Below are positions 9,602 through 18,667 of a DNA stretch of 64,000 bases, in pieces. The position numbers and the translations under genes are program-made. Source of the DNA: an uncultured Planctomycetaceae bacterium (GTDB lineage: Bacteria > Planctomycetota > Planctomycetia > Pirellulales > PALSA-1355); the NCBI GenBank assembly GCA_937952415.1, contig CALFYT010000076.1, forward strand, positions 5,733 through 69,732. Reading direction: 5' to 3'. Position 1 is the first letter of the stretch. Every line of letters starts with the position of its first letter. The notes under the pieces are model-generated. The model was not told the DNA's origin, ran no database searches, and saw only the letters and a program-made list of their open reading frames with translations.

Positions 9602-11368
9602 CTACTGTCCCGCGCTCTGCTGAAGTTTGTCCATCACGTCGTCCAGACTGAAGCTGGCCGCTTTCTGGCGCTGTGGAAATTCCTGGAATGTGGCCAGGAA
9701 TTTGCCGACGTACTCCTGCGCCGGCACCAGCAGAAAGGCATGATCGATGAGCCAGTCGTAGTACGAATTCGACGTTACGTCGGCCCGCTCGTACGGATCG
9801 AGCCGCAGGTTGAAAATCTTCGGCAGCCGCAGCGACACGAACGGCTCGGCCCAAATCCGCAGGGTTCCTCGTGCGCGCTGTTCTAGGAACACCAGCTTCC
9901 AGTTGTCGTAGCGTAGTGCCGTAACTTGCTGGTCGTCGTTGCAATAGATAAACGATTCGCGCGGGCTCTCGGCGGCTTGGCCTGTCAGCAGTGGAATCAG
10001 GTTGTAACCGTCTACGTGGACCTTGTAGGTCATGTCGCCGACTTTGTATCCCTTCTTCAGTTTCTCGGCAACGTCCGGATCGCCGGCGATGGCCAGAAGC
10101 GTGGGCAGCCAGTCGTGGTGGGCGACGATTTCATTCGAGACCTTGCCCGGCGTGATCTGGCCTGGCCAGCGAACCATGCAGGGCACGCGGTAAGCGCCTT
10201 CCCAATTCGAGTTCTTCTCGTTGCGGAAGGGGGTCATGGCGGCGTCGGGCCAGGAGTTCATGTGCGGCCCGTTGTCGGTCGAGTACATGACAAACGTATT
10301 GTCGGCCACCCCGGCGTCGTCGAGCGCCTTGAGCACCGTGCCGACGTTCTTATCGTGGTCGATCATGGCGTCGGCATACTCGCTCATCCATCGGCCGGAT
10401 TGGCCCTTGCTCTCGGGCTTGACGTGCGTGCGGAAGTGCATGTGCGTGAAATTGACCCACACGAAAAACGGCTTGCCCGCTTTGGCCTGCCGCTCGATGA
10501 AGTCGGCGGCCCGATTGGCGACGTCGTCGTCGATCGTTTCCATCCGCTTCTTGGTCAGCGGGCCGGTATCTTCGATGGTCTGCTTGCCGACTCGGCCGAA
10601 GCGCGGATCGACCGTATCGTCGTCTTTCTCGCTTGCCTTGCAGTCCAGCACGCCCCGCGGGCCATACTTCGCGCGGAACGCCGGATCCTTTGGATAGTCG
10701 GGATGTTCGGGCTCTTCCTCGGCATTCAAGTGATAGAGGTTGCCGTAAAACTCGTCGAACCCGTGAACGGTCGGCAGGAACTCATTGCGATCGCCCAGGT
10801 GGTTCTTGCCAAACTGGCCGGTCACGTAGCCCAGCGGCTTGAGCAATACGGCGATCGTGGGGTCTTCCTTGCGCAAGCCCAACGTGGCGCCCGGCAGGCC
10901 GACTTTGGTCAACCCGGTGCGCAGCCCGTGCTGTCCGGTGATAAACGACGCGCGGCCGGCCGTGCAACTCTGTTCGGCGTAGTAGTCGGTAAACATCAGC
11001 CCTTCGCGGGCGACGCGATCGATATTGGGCGTGCGATAGCCCATCAAGCCGAGGGTGTACGCGCTGACGTTCGATTGCCCGATGTCGTCGCCCCAGATGA
11101 TGCAGATGTTCGGCTTCTTGCCCGACGCCCGCGACTGGGCGGCGACGTTTTGATTGAAGGCGGCCAGGGCGAGCAGCTCGTCTTTTTGCAATCCGGTACC
11201 ACAGCCATCAGCCGGCGTACACGATGACCGAGAAAGTTCGGCTGCCTCGATGGTCGCAGGTGCCGTCGCATCGGCGCCCGGACTAAACGCGTTGCCCACA
11301 GCCACGAATACGAACAATGCGGTGACGCAAAGGCAGAGCATAATCATCCGCCAGGCGGGTAAGGTCAT
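9602..11368 (-). CDS. Arylsulfatase (formylglycine-dependent sulfatase)
   Basis: ATG 11368 preceded by GGAG. Signal/TM MTLPAWRMIMLCLCVTALFVFVAV. NICIIWGDDIG metal site. SCTAGRASFITGQ matches the C-x-(A/P)-x-R formylglycine motif. The upstream 164 codons of ORF 9602..11860 overlap the next gene and are Arg/Thr-rich. Confidence 0.9.
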   Translation of the reverse strand: MTLPAWRMIMLCLCVTALFVFVAVGNAFSPGADATAPATIEAAELSRSSCTPADGCGTGLQKDELLALAAFNQNVAAQSRASGKKPNICIIWGDDIGQSNVSAYTLGLMGYRTPNIDRVAREGLMFTDYYAEQSCTAGRASFITGQHGLRTGLTKVGLPGATLGLRKEDPTIAVLLKPLGYVTGQFGKNHLGDRNEFLPTVHGFDEFYGNLYHLNAEEEPEHPDYPKDPAFRAKYGPRGVLDCKASEKDDDTVDPRFGRVGKQTIEDTGPLTKKRMETIDDDVANRAADFIERQAKAGKPFFVWVNFTHMHFRTHVKPESKGQSGRWMSEYADAMIDHDKNVGTVLKALDDAGVADNTFVMYSTDNGPHMNSWPDAAMTPFRNEKNSNWEGAYRVPCMVRWPGQITPGKVSNEIVAHHDWLPTLLAIAGDPDVAEKLKKGYKVGDMTYKVHVDGYNLIPLLTGQAAESPRESFIYCNDDQQVTALRYDNWKLVFLEQRARGTLRIWAEPFVSLRLPKIFNLRLDPYERADVTSNSYYDWLIDHAFLLVPAQEYVGKFLATFQEFPQRQKAASFSLDDVMDKLQQSAGQ

Positions 11369-11438
11369 GGTGTTTCTCCTCGATGATCTGGCAAGAACGT
11401 GAATCGTTGTCGGTTGCGTTACGGCGGTTGGGACGGCG

Positions 11439-12311
11439 CTAAAGTTGTTCGTACGGCATCTCGAACAACCGATCCAGTTTTCCAAGATCGCCGGTTTGCA
11501 GTCCCTGACGGAACCAGCGTACGCGCTGTTCCGACGTGCCGTGGGTATAGTTTTCTGGCGAGGTAAAACCCCGTGAGCGGCGCTGCAGCCGGTCGTCGCC
11601 GATTGCGTTGGCCGACGTGATCGCCGCTTCGATGTCGCCCGGCTCGATGAATCGAAATCGCTGCTGGCCGTGATGGGCCCAGACTCCGGCCAGGTAGTCG
11701 GCCTGCAGTTCGAGCCGCACCGACATCCGGTTTCCGGCGGCCTTGGACGAGGACCGCCGCTCGCGCGTGACCAGGTCGCTGTAACCCAACAGGTTCTGCA
11801 CGTGATGGCCCACCTCGTGAGCAATAACGTAAGCCTGTGAGAACTCGGCCTTGGAGCCACCTAGCTTGCGATCCAGCTCTTCGAAAAAGGTCGGGTCGAG
11901 ATAGACGGTTTTGTCCACGGGACAATAGAACGGGCCGACCGCCGACGGCGCCACGCCGCAGCCTGTCCGAACCGCGTCGGAAAACAGCACCATGCGGGGT
12001 GGCTGGTAGCGCTCGCCTGCCCGGCGAAATTGTTCGTCCCACACGATTTCGGTGAACCGCAACACAGTCGCGGTAAATTCGCGCTGCTTTTGCTCCTCGG
12101 CGGTCGGAGCTCGCTGCTCGCCCTGTTGGCCTTGGTTCTGACCAACCTGTGCTTGACCCACAAGTTGGTTCACAATCTGGGGATCGACACCAAAGACGAG
12201 ACTGAGGATCAGCACCAGCAGCAGACCGCCGCCGCCCAGCGCGACGCCCTTTCGCCCCATCTGACGCCGATCTTCCAGGTTCCTGCTCTGTTGTCCACCG
12301 CGCCACCGCAT
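11439..12311 (-). CDS. YpfJ-like neutral zinc metallopeptidase (PF04228-like)
   Basis: N-terminus MRWRGGQQSRNLEDRR followed by a TM helix. HEVGHH zinc motif. Confidence 0.85.
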   Translation of the reverse strand: MRWRGGQQSRNLEDRRQMGRKGVALGGGGLLLVLILSLVFGVDPQIVNQLVGQAQVGQNQGQQGEQRAPTAEEQKQREFTATVLRFTEIVWDEQFRRAGERYQPPRMVLFSDAVRTGCGVAPSAVGPFYCPVDKTVYLDPTFFEELDRKLGGSKAEFSQAYVIAHEVGHHVQNLLGYSDLVTRERRSSSKAAGNRMSVRLELQADYLAGVWAHHGQQRFRFIEPGDIEAAITSANAIGDDRLQRRSRGFTSPENYTHGTSEQRVRWFRQGLQTGDLGKLDRLFEMPYEQL

Positions 12312-12488
12312 CGTCCTGGTCTCCGAGTGTGATACTGCAACGAACGGGCGGTCACCTCGATCGTCTATCGAACCGTTTCGGGGCCCGGCCCGCCGACTGC
12401 GTAAAGCTAGCGATCAGACCAACGGCGCGCTGCTTGCACAACGACCCACGCGCGCGACGTAACGTCCGATACTCAAATGGTGCTCCCG

Positions 12489-14486
12489 TCAGTTCAATCG
12501 CTCAAACGTAAGTCCCGGGTCGGAAGGCGGCGCACCGCTCAGGGCGAATTGCCACTTGTCCGGGCCCAGCGACTTGACCGAACCGGCCATCGCGCCGTGA
12601 TCGGCGCTCTGCAATACCAACTCATCGCTGGTCGCGGCGAGATCTCCGTTGAGCTCGGTCGCCGGCTTGCCCGGTTGAGCGGCCTTCCACGAAAACTGCG
12701 AGTCGTCGGTGATCGTCAGATCGATGGTCGTATCGCCGGCCTTGGCCTGCCACGAGCCGACCAGATCGGTCTCGGGCGCATCAGCGCCAGCCGGAGTGTC
12801 CGCCGGCGGTGCCGACGGTTCGGCCGGTGCAAGTGCGTCGAGCATGCGCTTGGCCGTGGTATCCTTCGGCTGGTCGCGGACGACAACCTTTAGGGCGTTG
12901 ACCGCGTCGTCCTTCGCACCGATCACCAAATACTGATAGGCAAGCACGAAATACGCCGAGGCATCGTCCGGGTGCTCGCCACAGAATTGCTCCAGCTTGC
13001 GGAGTTGGGCCTGATACTCGTCCGTGTTGCCGTACAGGCTGCTCATCGTTGTCCAGTCCATCCCCGGCGCGCTGGAAAGAAACGAATTGAGCGCGGCCGC
13101 CGCCGACTTGTACTCGCCCAGGGCGAACAACGTGACGGCCCGAACCTCGTGGACGACCGGATCACCCGGCAGTTTTTCCAGTGCCGCGTCGAACTTCGCC
13201 AGCGCGCCGCGATAGTCGCTCGCCTTGAACAGCGCCAGCCCTTCGTCGAACAGCTTCGTGGCTTGCTCCGTTTCGGGGCTCTCGGCCGCAGCTTCCGCCG
13301 ACGCACCCGCAGCGTCCGCATCGGACGAAACATAGTTGTTCACCACGACCGGTTGCGAATAGTCGTACGGCGCCGATTCAGCGTAGTACGGGTTGTAGTA
13401 CTCCGTACCGTAACCCCAGGCGCTGGTCAGCGCACCGAGGCCCCAGCCGACCGCGCCCCACGCGAGCGGCGCATACCAATTGCTGCCCCAATAGCCGTTC
13501 CAGCAGCCGTTGTACCAGCCGTAGTGCGGGCGGATGCAGTTGTTGTGCCAATGGCCGGCCCAACCTCCGCCGCCCCAACCCCAGTCCGGTCGATTCCAAT
13601 TCGGGCGGTCCCAGCCGGGTCGATTCCCGATGACATTTCCACCGCCGATGTTGATGTCGTTGCCAATGTTGATGTTCCCGTCGCCAGGTCGGCCGGGTCT
13701 GTTGCTGCCTGGACGATTGCCTCCGCCGATGATCGGCCGATCGCCGGTTCCGGGGCGGTCTCCTACGCCTGGACGACCTCCGGGTCGATCCCCGCCGATC
13801 GTTGGTCGATCACCGGTGCCCGGTCGATTGCCGCCAGGACGGTTCCCGGGTCCGCCGGGCAATGGCGTCGGCCGGCTCACGTTGCCCAGGCTCGGACGAT
13901 CGCCGCCGCCTGGACGGTTGCCTTGACCAGTTCCCGCACCCTGTCCAGGTCGGGTGCCCGGAGTTGGCCGATTGACGCCGGCACTGGGCCGAGTGCCGGG
14001 GCTTGGGCGGTTGGCGTTGCCGCCTCCGCCGCTGGGCAGCGTCGGCCGGGTCGGTTGCACTCCGCCTGACGGGCGCACCGAGGAACGATTGGCCGTGCCG
14101 CTTCCACTGGGGCGCGTGGTAGGTCGAGAAGTACTTGGCCGGCCACCCGAGGGATGAAACGAATTGCCGGCCGACGGTCGCGATGCCGTGTTCGGTCGCG
14201 ACGCGCCGCTAGGACGCGAGGCGTGACCCATCGAGGGCCGACTCGTGCTGGGCCGCGAGGGGCGCGCGTGCGAGGCCGAACGATTGTACCCGCCGCTGTG
14301 GCCCATTGACGGTCGCCCGCCTCCTCCTCCAACGCGCCCCATCGACGGTCGTGCGCCGCCACCGCGTCCACCCCCGCCTCGGCCGCCGCCGCCACGGCCA
14401 CCTCGGGCCGAGACATCGTCCGACCAGGCAATCAGGCAGCCAAGCATCACGAACAGCGCGAGCACCGACTTGCAGAGCGATTTCAT
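12489..14486 (-). CDS. Secreted protein: Gly/Arg/Pro low-complexity region + Trp/Tyr/Gly-rich segment + TPR domain + small C-terminal beta domain
   Basis: Signal peptide MKSLCKSVLALFVMLGCLIAWS. RGGGGRGGGG, RPS and GNRPG repeats. WGWGGGGWAGHWHNN...YYNPYY segment. TPR-like helices (ATKLFDEGLALFKASDYRGALAKFDAALE...). Confidence 0.75.
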   Translation of the reverse strand: MKSLCKSVLALFVMLGCLIAWSDDVSARGGRGGGGRGGGGRGGGARPSMGRVGGGGGRPSMGHSGGYNRSASHARPSRPSTSRPSMGHASRPSGASRPNTASRPSAGNSFHPSGGRPSTSRPTTRPSGSGTANRSSVRPSGGVQPTRPTLPSGGGGNANRPSPGTRPSAGVNRPTPGTRPGQGAGTGQGNRPGGGDRPSLGNVSRPTPLPGGPGNRPGGNRPGTGDRPTIGGDRPGGRPGVGDRPGTGDRPIIGGGNRPGSNRPGRPGDGNINIGNDINIGGGNVIGNRPGWDRPNWNRPDWGWGGGGWAGHWHNNCIRPHYGWYNGCWNGYWGSNWYAPLAWGAVGWGLGALTSAWGYGTEYYNPYYAESAPYDYSQPVVVNNYVSSDADAAGASAEAAAESPETEQATKLFDEGLALFKASDYRGALAKFDAALEKLPGDPVVHEVRAVTLFALGEYKSAAAALNSFLSSAPGMDWTTMSSLYGNTDEYQAQLRKLEQFCGEHPDDASAYFVLAYQYLVIGAKDDAVNALKVVVRDQPKDTTAKRMLDALAPAEPSAPPADTPAGADAPETDLVGSWQAKAGDTTIDLTITDDSQFSWKAAQPGKPATELNGDLAATSDELVLQSADHGAMAGSVKSLGPDKWQFALSGAPPSDPGLTFERLN
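13590..14405 (-). repeat. Coding low-complexity repeat tract (RGGGG / RPSxG / GNRPG / GDRP units)
   Basis: Approximate bounds. The DNA is dominated by reiterated ccgcc/ggtcg motifs. All three frames on both strands give long spurious Pro/Arg/Gly ORFs here. Confidence 0.6.
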
Positions 14487-14513
14487 GGCGTCATCCTCTC
14501 GTTCATCGCGACG

Positions 14514-15422
14514 TTAGTTGCCGGCAGCGGGCGGACGCCGCGCGACGGATATACTGAAATCTTCATCGAGGCTGTCGCCGACAATGCGGTCGGTGCCTTC
14601 GATCGTGAAGTGATCTTCGTCGTCGATATAGATATTCATCGTGGCGGTGGCGACCGTGCCGTTGGGATTGACCGCGGCCGACTTGATCACGATGCCGTCG
14701 TCGACTGCGGTCCAGGTCCCTTCCGAGAATCCGCCGTCAGAATCAAATAACCACGAGCGAATCTTGCCAACCGACGGATCCCAGCCGATCCGCTGCGTGC
14801 TGGTGCGCGAGGTACCCTCGGCTGGCTCCATCTGGAACTCGCCCAGCAAGAAGTTTTTGTCGTCGGACCATCGATACGAGATCGCCACCTTGCCGTCGGC
14901 TCCCTCGTTGACCCAATCGCCCACCAGCCAGGCAACCGGCTGCAGATAGTCGTTTGCCGTCGGGAGCGGGTCGTCGGCAAAGTCGCGCAACGAGGCCAGA
15001 CGCCAGCCGTCCTCCGTTCTGGCCCAAACCGCGATGTAGCGAAAACGCGACCGCTCGTTGCCGTCGGCAGTGGTCATCGTGCGCGTGCCTTCCTCGATCG
15101 CCACCGGTCCGACGAGCCGGATCGATTCGATCGACAGGCTAAGCTTCGCACCGCGAAACTGTTGGAAGAACGCGTTGAGCAGGCCGCGGATCTCTTGATG
15201 GCCCTGATATACCACGCCCTGTTCGTCGATGAACTCTCCCTTCGGCAGAAACGACTGGGCCGCGCTGTTGGAATTGGCTTGGTTAATGGCCGCGGCCAAC
15301 TGTTCGGCCGACTTGCGGACTGCTGCAACCGCATCATCCTGCGCGTGGGCCGCGTCTTCGGCGATTACCAACAGCAGCGCGGATGCGATTGTTAGCCACG
15401 TCGTTATGATAGGACGAGACAT
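14514..15422 (-). CDS. Secreted protein with two tandem NTF2-like (SnoaL/DUF4440) domains
   Basis: Signal peptide MSRPIITTWLTIASALLLVIAEDAAHA. The first half resembles DUF4440/SgcJ-type (FLPKGEFIDEQGVVYQGHQEIRGLLNAFF...WRLASLRDF). The second half has a similar length and pattern. Confidence 0.7.
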   Translation of the reverse strand: MSRPIITTWLTIASALLLVIAEDAAHAQDDAVAAVRKSAEQLAAAINQANSNSAAQSFLPKGEFIDEQGVVYQGHQEIRGLLNAFFQQFRGAKLSLSIESIRLVGPVAIEEGTRTMTTADGNERSRFRYIAVWARTEDGWRLASLRDFADDPLPTANDYLQPVAWLVGDWVNEGADGKVAISYRWSDDKNFLLGEFQMEPAEGTSRTSTQRIGWDPSVGKIRSWLFDSDGGFSEGTWTAVDDGIVIKSAAVNPNGTVATATMNIYIDDEDHFTIEGTDRIVGDSLDEDFSISVARRPPAAGN

Positions 15423-16129
15423 TTCCTCTGACCCCCTGATTCAAATGCTTGGCTTGACGGCCCGCCGACTTTTCGCGCCGCGCGGCACGTTCCGCGTGTA
15501 CGGCGACGCAACGCGACCGAGCTTGATTATCACGCGGAATGCGGTCTTCGGCAAACAGACAGTTTGTTAGTTTCTTGCCCAAGCGGTTCGGCGCGCCGTC
15601 TGTGCCCATGGCATCGGCAATTCGTTCGGCATCGCCGTAGACCCCATACGCGGGGATCGGCCACGGTAGGATCAAACGTCGTTGATTGATCCACCGCCGA
15701 GCACGAAATCCGACACGGCAGCCAGTTGCGGCGAACCAACGAAACGCCCGCGGGGTCCAGTCTTTCGGGCCGGATCGTCGACTTTGTGACGCCGCAGCCG
15801 GCCAACGTACCCGTGCATTCCCTGGGGTAGTTCCCATGTCGGCTATCCGAACACTTCTGTATTCGCCGTACCTTGCCGGGAGTTCCCGCGCGCCGGCTAT
15901 CCGGCTGTCAGCCGGCAACAGTCCCGCGCTACCGATCCGCGCGTGACGCCGAAGCCCGACGTGCGTCCCCGTGCGGCGCCCGGGGCCACACCGGCAGCCG
16001 GCATCCTTGCTTAAACGACCTGGAGACCAGGGCGAGCGTCCGCGATGTGCGGCAGCGCTCGCACCGCGAATATTGCGCTGCGCGCCGCCCATCCGGATGC
16101 CCGCCATCCACCCGAAAGCGACCAATACC

Positions 16130-16498
16130 ATGAACGCCCGACTACAAAACCGCGAAGGCAACACGCTGGCCGCTCAGGTCGCACCGGAAGACGTGCGCCG
16201 TGGCGACTACATCGCCGTGCTGAGCGAGATCATCGAGCTGCCTTCGTTCCTCTGGACCGAGACGCTGCCCAGCGGGCAGGACGAACTGATTCGGCTGCGC
16301 CGGCTTCCGACCGAAGACCGCGCGCCGTTGAAGGTCAAGGCGATCTGCTTGCCGTTCATCTTCGTCAAGACGCCCTGCGGCGACACGCGGACGATCGACG
16401 TGCGGCTGGCCAGCCTGGTTCGCCTGCGCGACCAGTACGCGCGCACGGTATGGAAGGCACTGCGAAAGCGGCCGCCGCAGCGAGACGCAACCTGCTGA
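16130..16498 (+). CDS. Hypothetical protein (122 aa)
   Basis: Balanced composition from MNARLQNREG... onward. No recognisable motif. The upstream part of ORF 15971.. is Arg/Pro-rich. Confidence 0.4.
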   Translation: MNARLQNREGNTLAAQVAPEDVRRGDYIAVLSEIIELPSFLWTETLPSGQDELIRLRRLPTEDRAPLKVKAICLPFIFVKTPCGDTRTIDVRLASLVRLRDQYARTVWKALRKRPPQRDATC

Positions 16499-16848
16499 TC
16501 CCGGCGGCCGTTTTTCGTTTCTGGTAGGCTGATGGATCGACCGACAGTGCGCCGTCGACATGGCATCGAATCCAAAGTTTCCGGCTGAGGTACGTCGCCT
16601 CGATCAATCACTGGAACGTGCAGTGCGTGGGTCTCGACAATCGGGTCCATAGCGCGCTGTGCGTTGGACGGATCGCCTTCCCGGTTCAGAAGCATCGCGG
16701 GACAAATGACGAACCGACGGGCCTCTCGCTGGAGTCCAAGAAAAAGCCGGAGCTAGACATCGACAACTAGGAACCCATGGACGGTCCCGCTCCAAGAAAA
16801 GTCTTGCTCAGCCTTGCGATTCAAGAACAAATGTAGACGCCATCAAAC

Positions 16849-17328
16849 ATGGTCACCCGCGTTGCGCCCTGGCAGGTCGACAAGAAAGTTGCGACAGTAG
16901 GAGCTAACAATCTGGGAGCCAGAACGGAGGACCGGACAGTGCCAACGTGGCTTATTGGTTCGCTTGCGTTGACATTTGGCCTCGTCGCCACGGCTGCGAC
17001 GAGTACTTTCACGACCAGTGTTTCAATTCCAGGCCATGCGACGGTTCAGGTTGCTGTAGGAGTGTTCGCCTATTGGTTGGGCACGCGTTCTGCAACAATT
17101 GAGGCGAGCAAACTGCGCCGCAATTTGTTCATTGTCTTGGCAATCGTTCTTGCATACGTGGCGTCAGGTGTGCTCAGTCCTGTTGGAGATCCGTTCTCAT
17201 TCCAACTCCTCTCGGCGATTGAGATACTGTACACGCTTTCGGCATTTTGGTTTGGCCGTCGTAGAAAGACGATGCTCCAAATCGCAGAAGTACCACACGT
17301 CACGGATCGAAACGCAACGGGGGGCTAA
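16849..17328 (+). CDS. Hypothetical membrane protein in a locally low-GC islet
   Basis: Four predicted hydrophobic helices. By eye the GC content is clearly lower than the flanks. No homology recognised. Confidence 0.45.
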   Translation: MVTRVAPWQVDKKVATVGANNLGARTEDRTVPTWLIGSLALTFGLVATAATSTFTTSVSIPGHATVQVAVGVFAYWLGTRSATIEASKLRRNLFIVLAIVLAYVASGVLSPVGDPFSFQLLSAIEILYTLSAFWFGRRRKTMLQIAEVPHVTDRNATGG

Positions 17329-17340
17329 GTCAACCACGCC

Positions 17341-18576
17341 CTAACCCAACACGCGCTCCAAATCCGCGCATAGGTCGTCGGCGTCTTCCAGGCCGACCGA
17401 CATGCGAAAGATCCCATCGCCGGCAAACGCCCGATAGCTTTCCAGTTGCTCGCCGGAGAGCCGGAACGACGTCTCCATCAGGCCCGCGGTGTCGAGCCAA
17501 AAGATCAGGCTGCGGTGGTGGCCCAGCGAAACCGCGTAGTGGATCACCTGCAACTGCTTGTCCATCCGCTGAGCCAGCCCCGGTCCATCGGCGACCTGAA
17601 ACGTCAGCATGCCCGAAAAGTTTTCCATCTGCCGCTTGGCCAGGTCGTGTTGCGGGTGCGACGGCAACCCGGGATAGAACACGCGCTGCACGCGCGGGTG
17701 GCCTTCCAAGAATCGGGCCACGGCCAGCGCGTTTTCCTGGTGGACCCGCATTCGAATCGGCAGCGTCGCGGCGCCGCGCATGATCAGCCAGGCGTTGAAG
17801 GGCGACATCACGCCGCCATAGTGAATGCCCGCCTCGAGCCGCAGCGCGGCGATGGCTTCCTTGGTGCCCAAGACCGCCCCGCCAATCGCGTCGCCATGGC
17901 CGCCGATGTACTTTGTCAGCGAGTGCATCACGTAGTCGACGCCATGCTCGATCGGCCGCGTGGCGACCGGCGTGGCAAACGTTGAATCGACGGCCACCTT
18001 GATCCCGCCGCGTTGCCGGGCAATGTCGGTCACCGCGCGCAGGTCGGTCAGTCGCAAGATCGGGTTGGCGGGCGTTTCCAGCCAGATCAGCTTCGTGTTT
18101 GGCCGGATCGCGTCGGCCACGTTTTGTGCGTCGGACGTGTCGACCAGCGAGACCTCGATGCCCAGCCGCGGCAGCGTGTCGCGCGCCATTTCGGCCACGC
18201 CGGCGTAGTTCGTGTCGGTGGTCACCAGGTGATCGCCGCTCGACAGCACCGACAGCAGCACGCCGGAAGCCGCGGCCATGCCCGAGCCGGAGCAGAGACA
18301 CGCTTCGGCCCCTTCGAGCGCGCACAGTTTTTGTTCGAGCTGGCGGACCGTCGGATTCGACCACCGCGAATAGAGATACCCAGACGACTCGTCAATATCG
18401 TGGGCCGAGAATCCGGCGTCGGCCTTGGTCACGTAGGTGGACGACATGACCAGGTTGGGCGCCGAGGCGCCGGTGGCCGGATCAGGAAATTCACCGGCGT
18501 GCACCGCGGTGGTTTGTAGTCCGCGTTTGGATGTGTGTTCGGCGTCGGTTGGAATGTCGCGCATGGGTGGTCTCAA
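17341..18576 (-). CDS. Cys/Met-metabolism PLP-dependent enzyme (methionine gamma-lyase / cystathionine gamma-synthase / O-acylhomoserine sulfhydrylase family)
   Basis: TTAVHAGE N-terminal block. YSRWSNPT. PLP-lysine motif HSLTKYIGGHGD. SLG..HS block near the C-terminus. Confidence 0.9.
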   Translation of the reverse strand: MRPPMRDIPTDAEHTSKRGLQTTAVHAGEFPDPATGASAPNLVMSSTYVTKADAGFSAHDIDESSGYLYSRWSNPTVRQLEQKLCALEGAEACLCSGSGMAAASGVLLSVLSSGDHLVTTDTNYAGVAEMARDTLPRLGIEVSLVDTSDAQNVADAIRPNTKLIWLETPANPILRLTDLRAVTDIARQRGGIKVAVDSTFATPVATRPIEHGVDYVMHSLTKYIGGHGDAIGGAVLGTKEAIAALRLEAGIHYGGVMSPFNAWLIMRGAATLPIRMRVHQENALAVARFLEGHPRVQRVFYPGLPSHPQHDLAKRQMENFSGMLTFQVADGPGLAQRMDKQLQVIHYAVSLGHHRSLIFWLDTAGLMETSFRLSGEQLESYRAFAGDGIFRMSVGLEDADDLCADLERVLG

Positions 18577-18667
18577 GCGTGCTGGAGCGTGGCCGCGCCA
18601 CGCCGGATTGTAGCTTGCGATCTCGCGATAAGAAAACGCACGCCGCCAACCGAAGCTTCGCGCGGCG

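Noticed and set aside
11369-11860. N-terminal 164-codon extension of the sulfatase ORF (9602..11860)
   Set aside because: It overlaps the YpfJ-like gene and is Arg/Ser/Thr/Cys-rich. The internal ATG 11368 has a GGAG ribosome-binding site and yields a proper signal peptide.
13590-14405. Periodic GC-rich repeats considered as a possible CRISPR or other non-coding array
   Set aside because: The repeat units are short (9-15 nt), imperfect and lack unique spacers. They translate in frame into RGG/RPS/GNRPG peptide repeats within a signal-peptide-bearing ORF.
15334-16164. 276-aa minus-strand ORF
   Set aside because: Its 3' part overlaps the NTF2-like gene. It is mostly Arg/Gly/Ala-rich with no start context. 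Only a short central part looks protein-like (see the finding on the 15.4-16.1 kb gap).
16495-16525. Possible intrinsic terminator after 16130..16498 (CGGCGGCCG followed by TTTTT)
   Set aside because: The stem is only ~3 bp, too weak to call.
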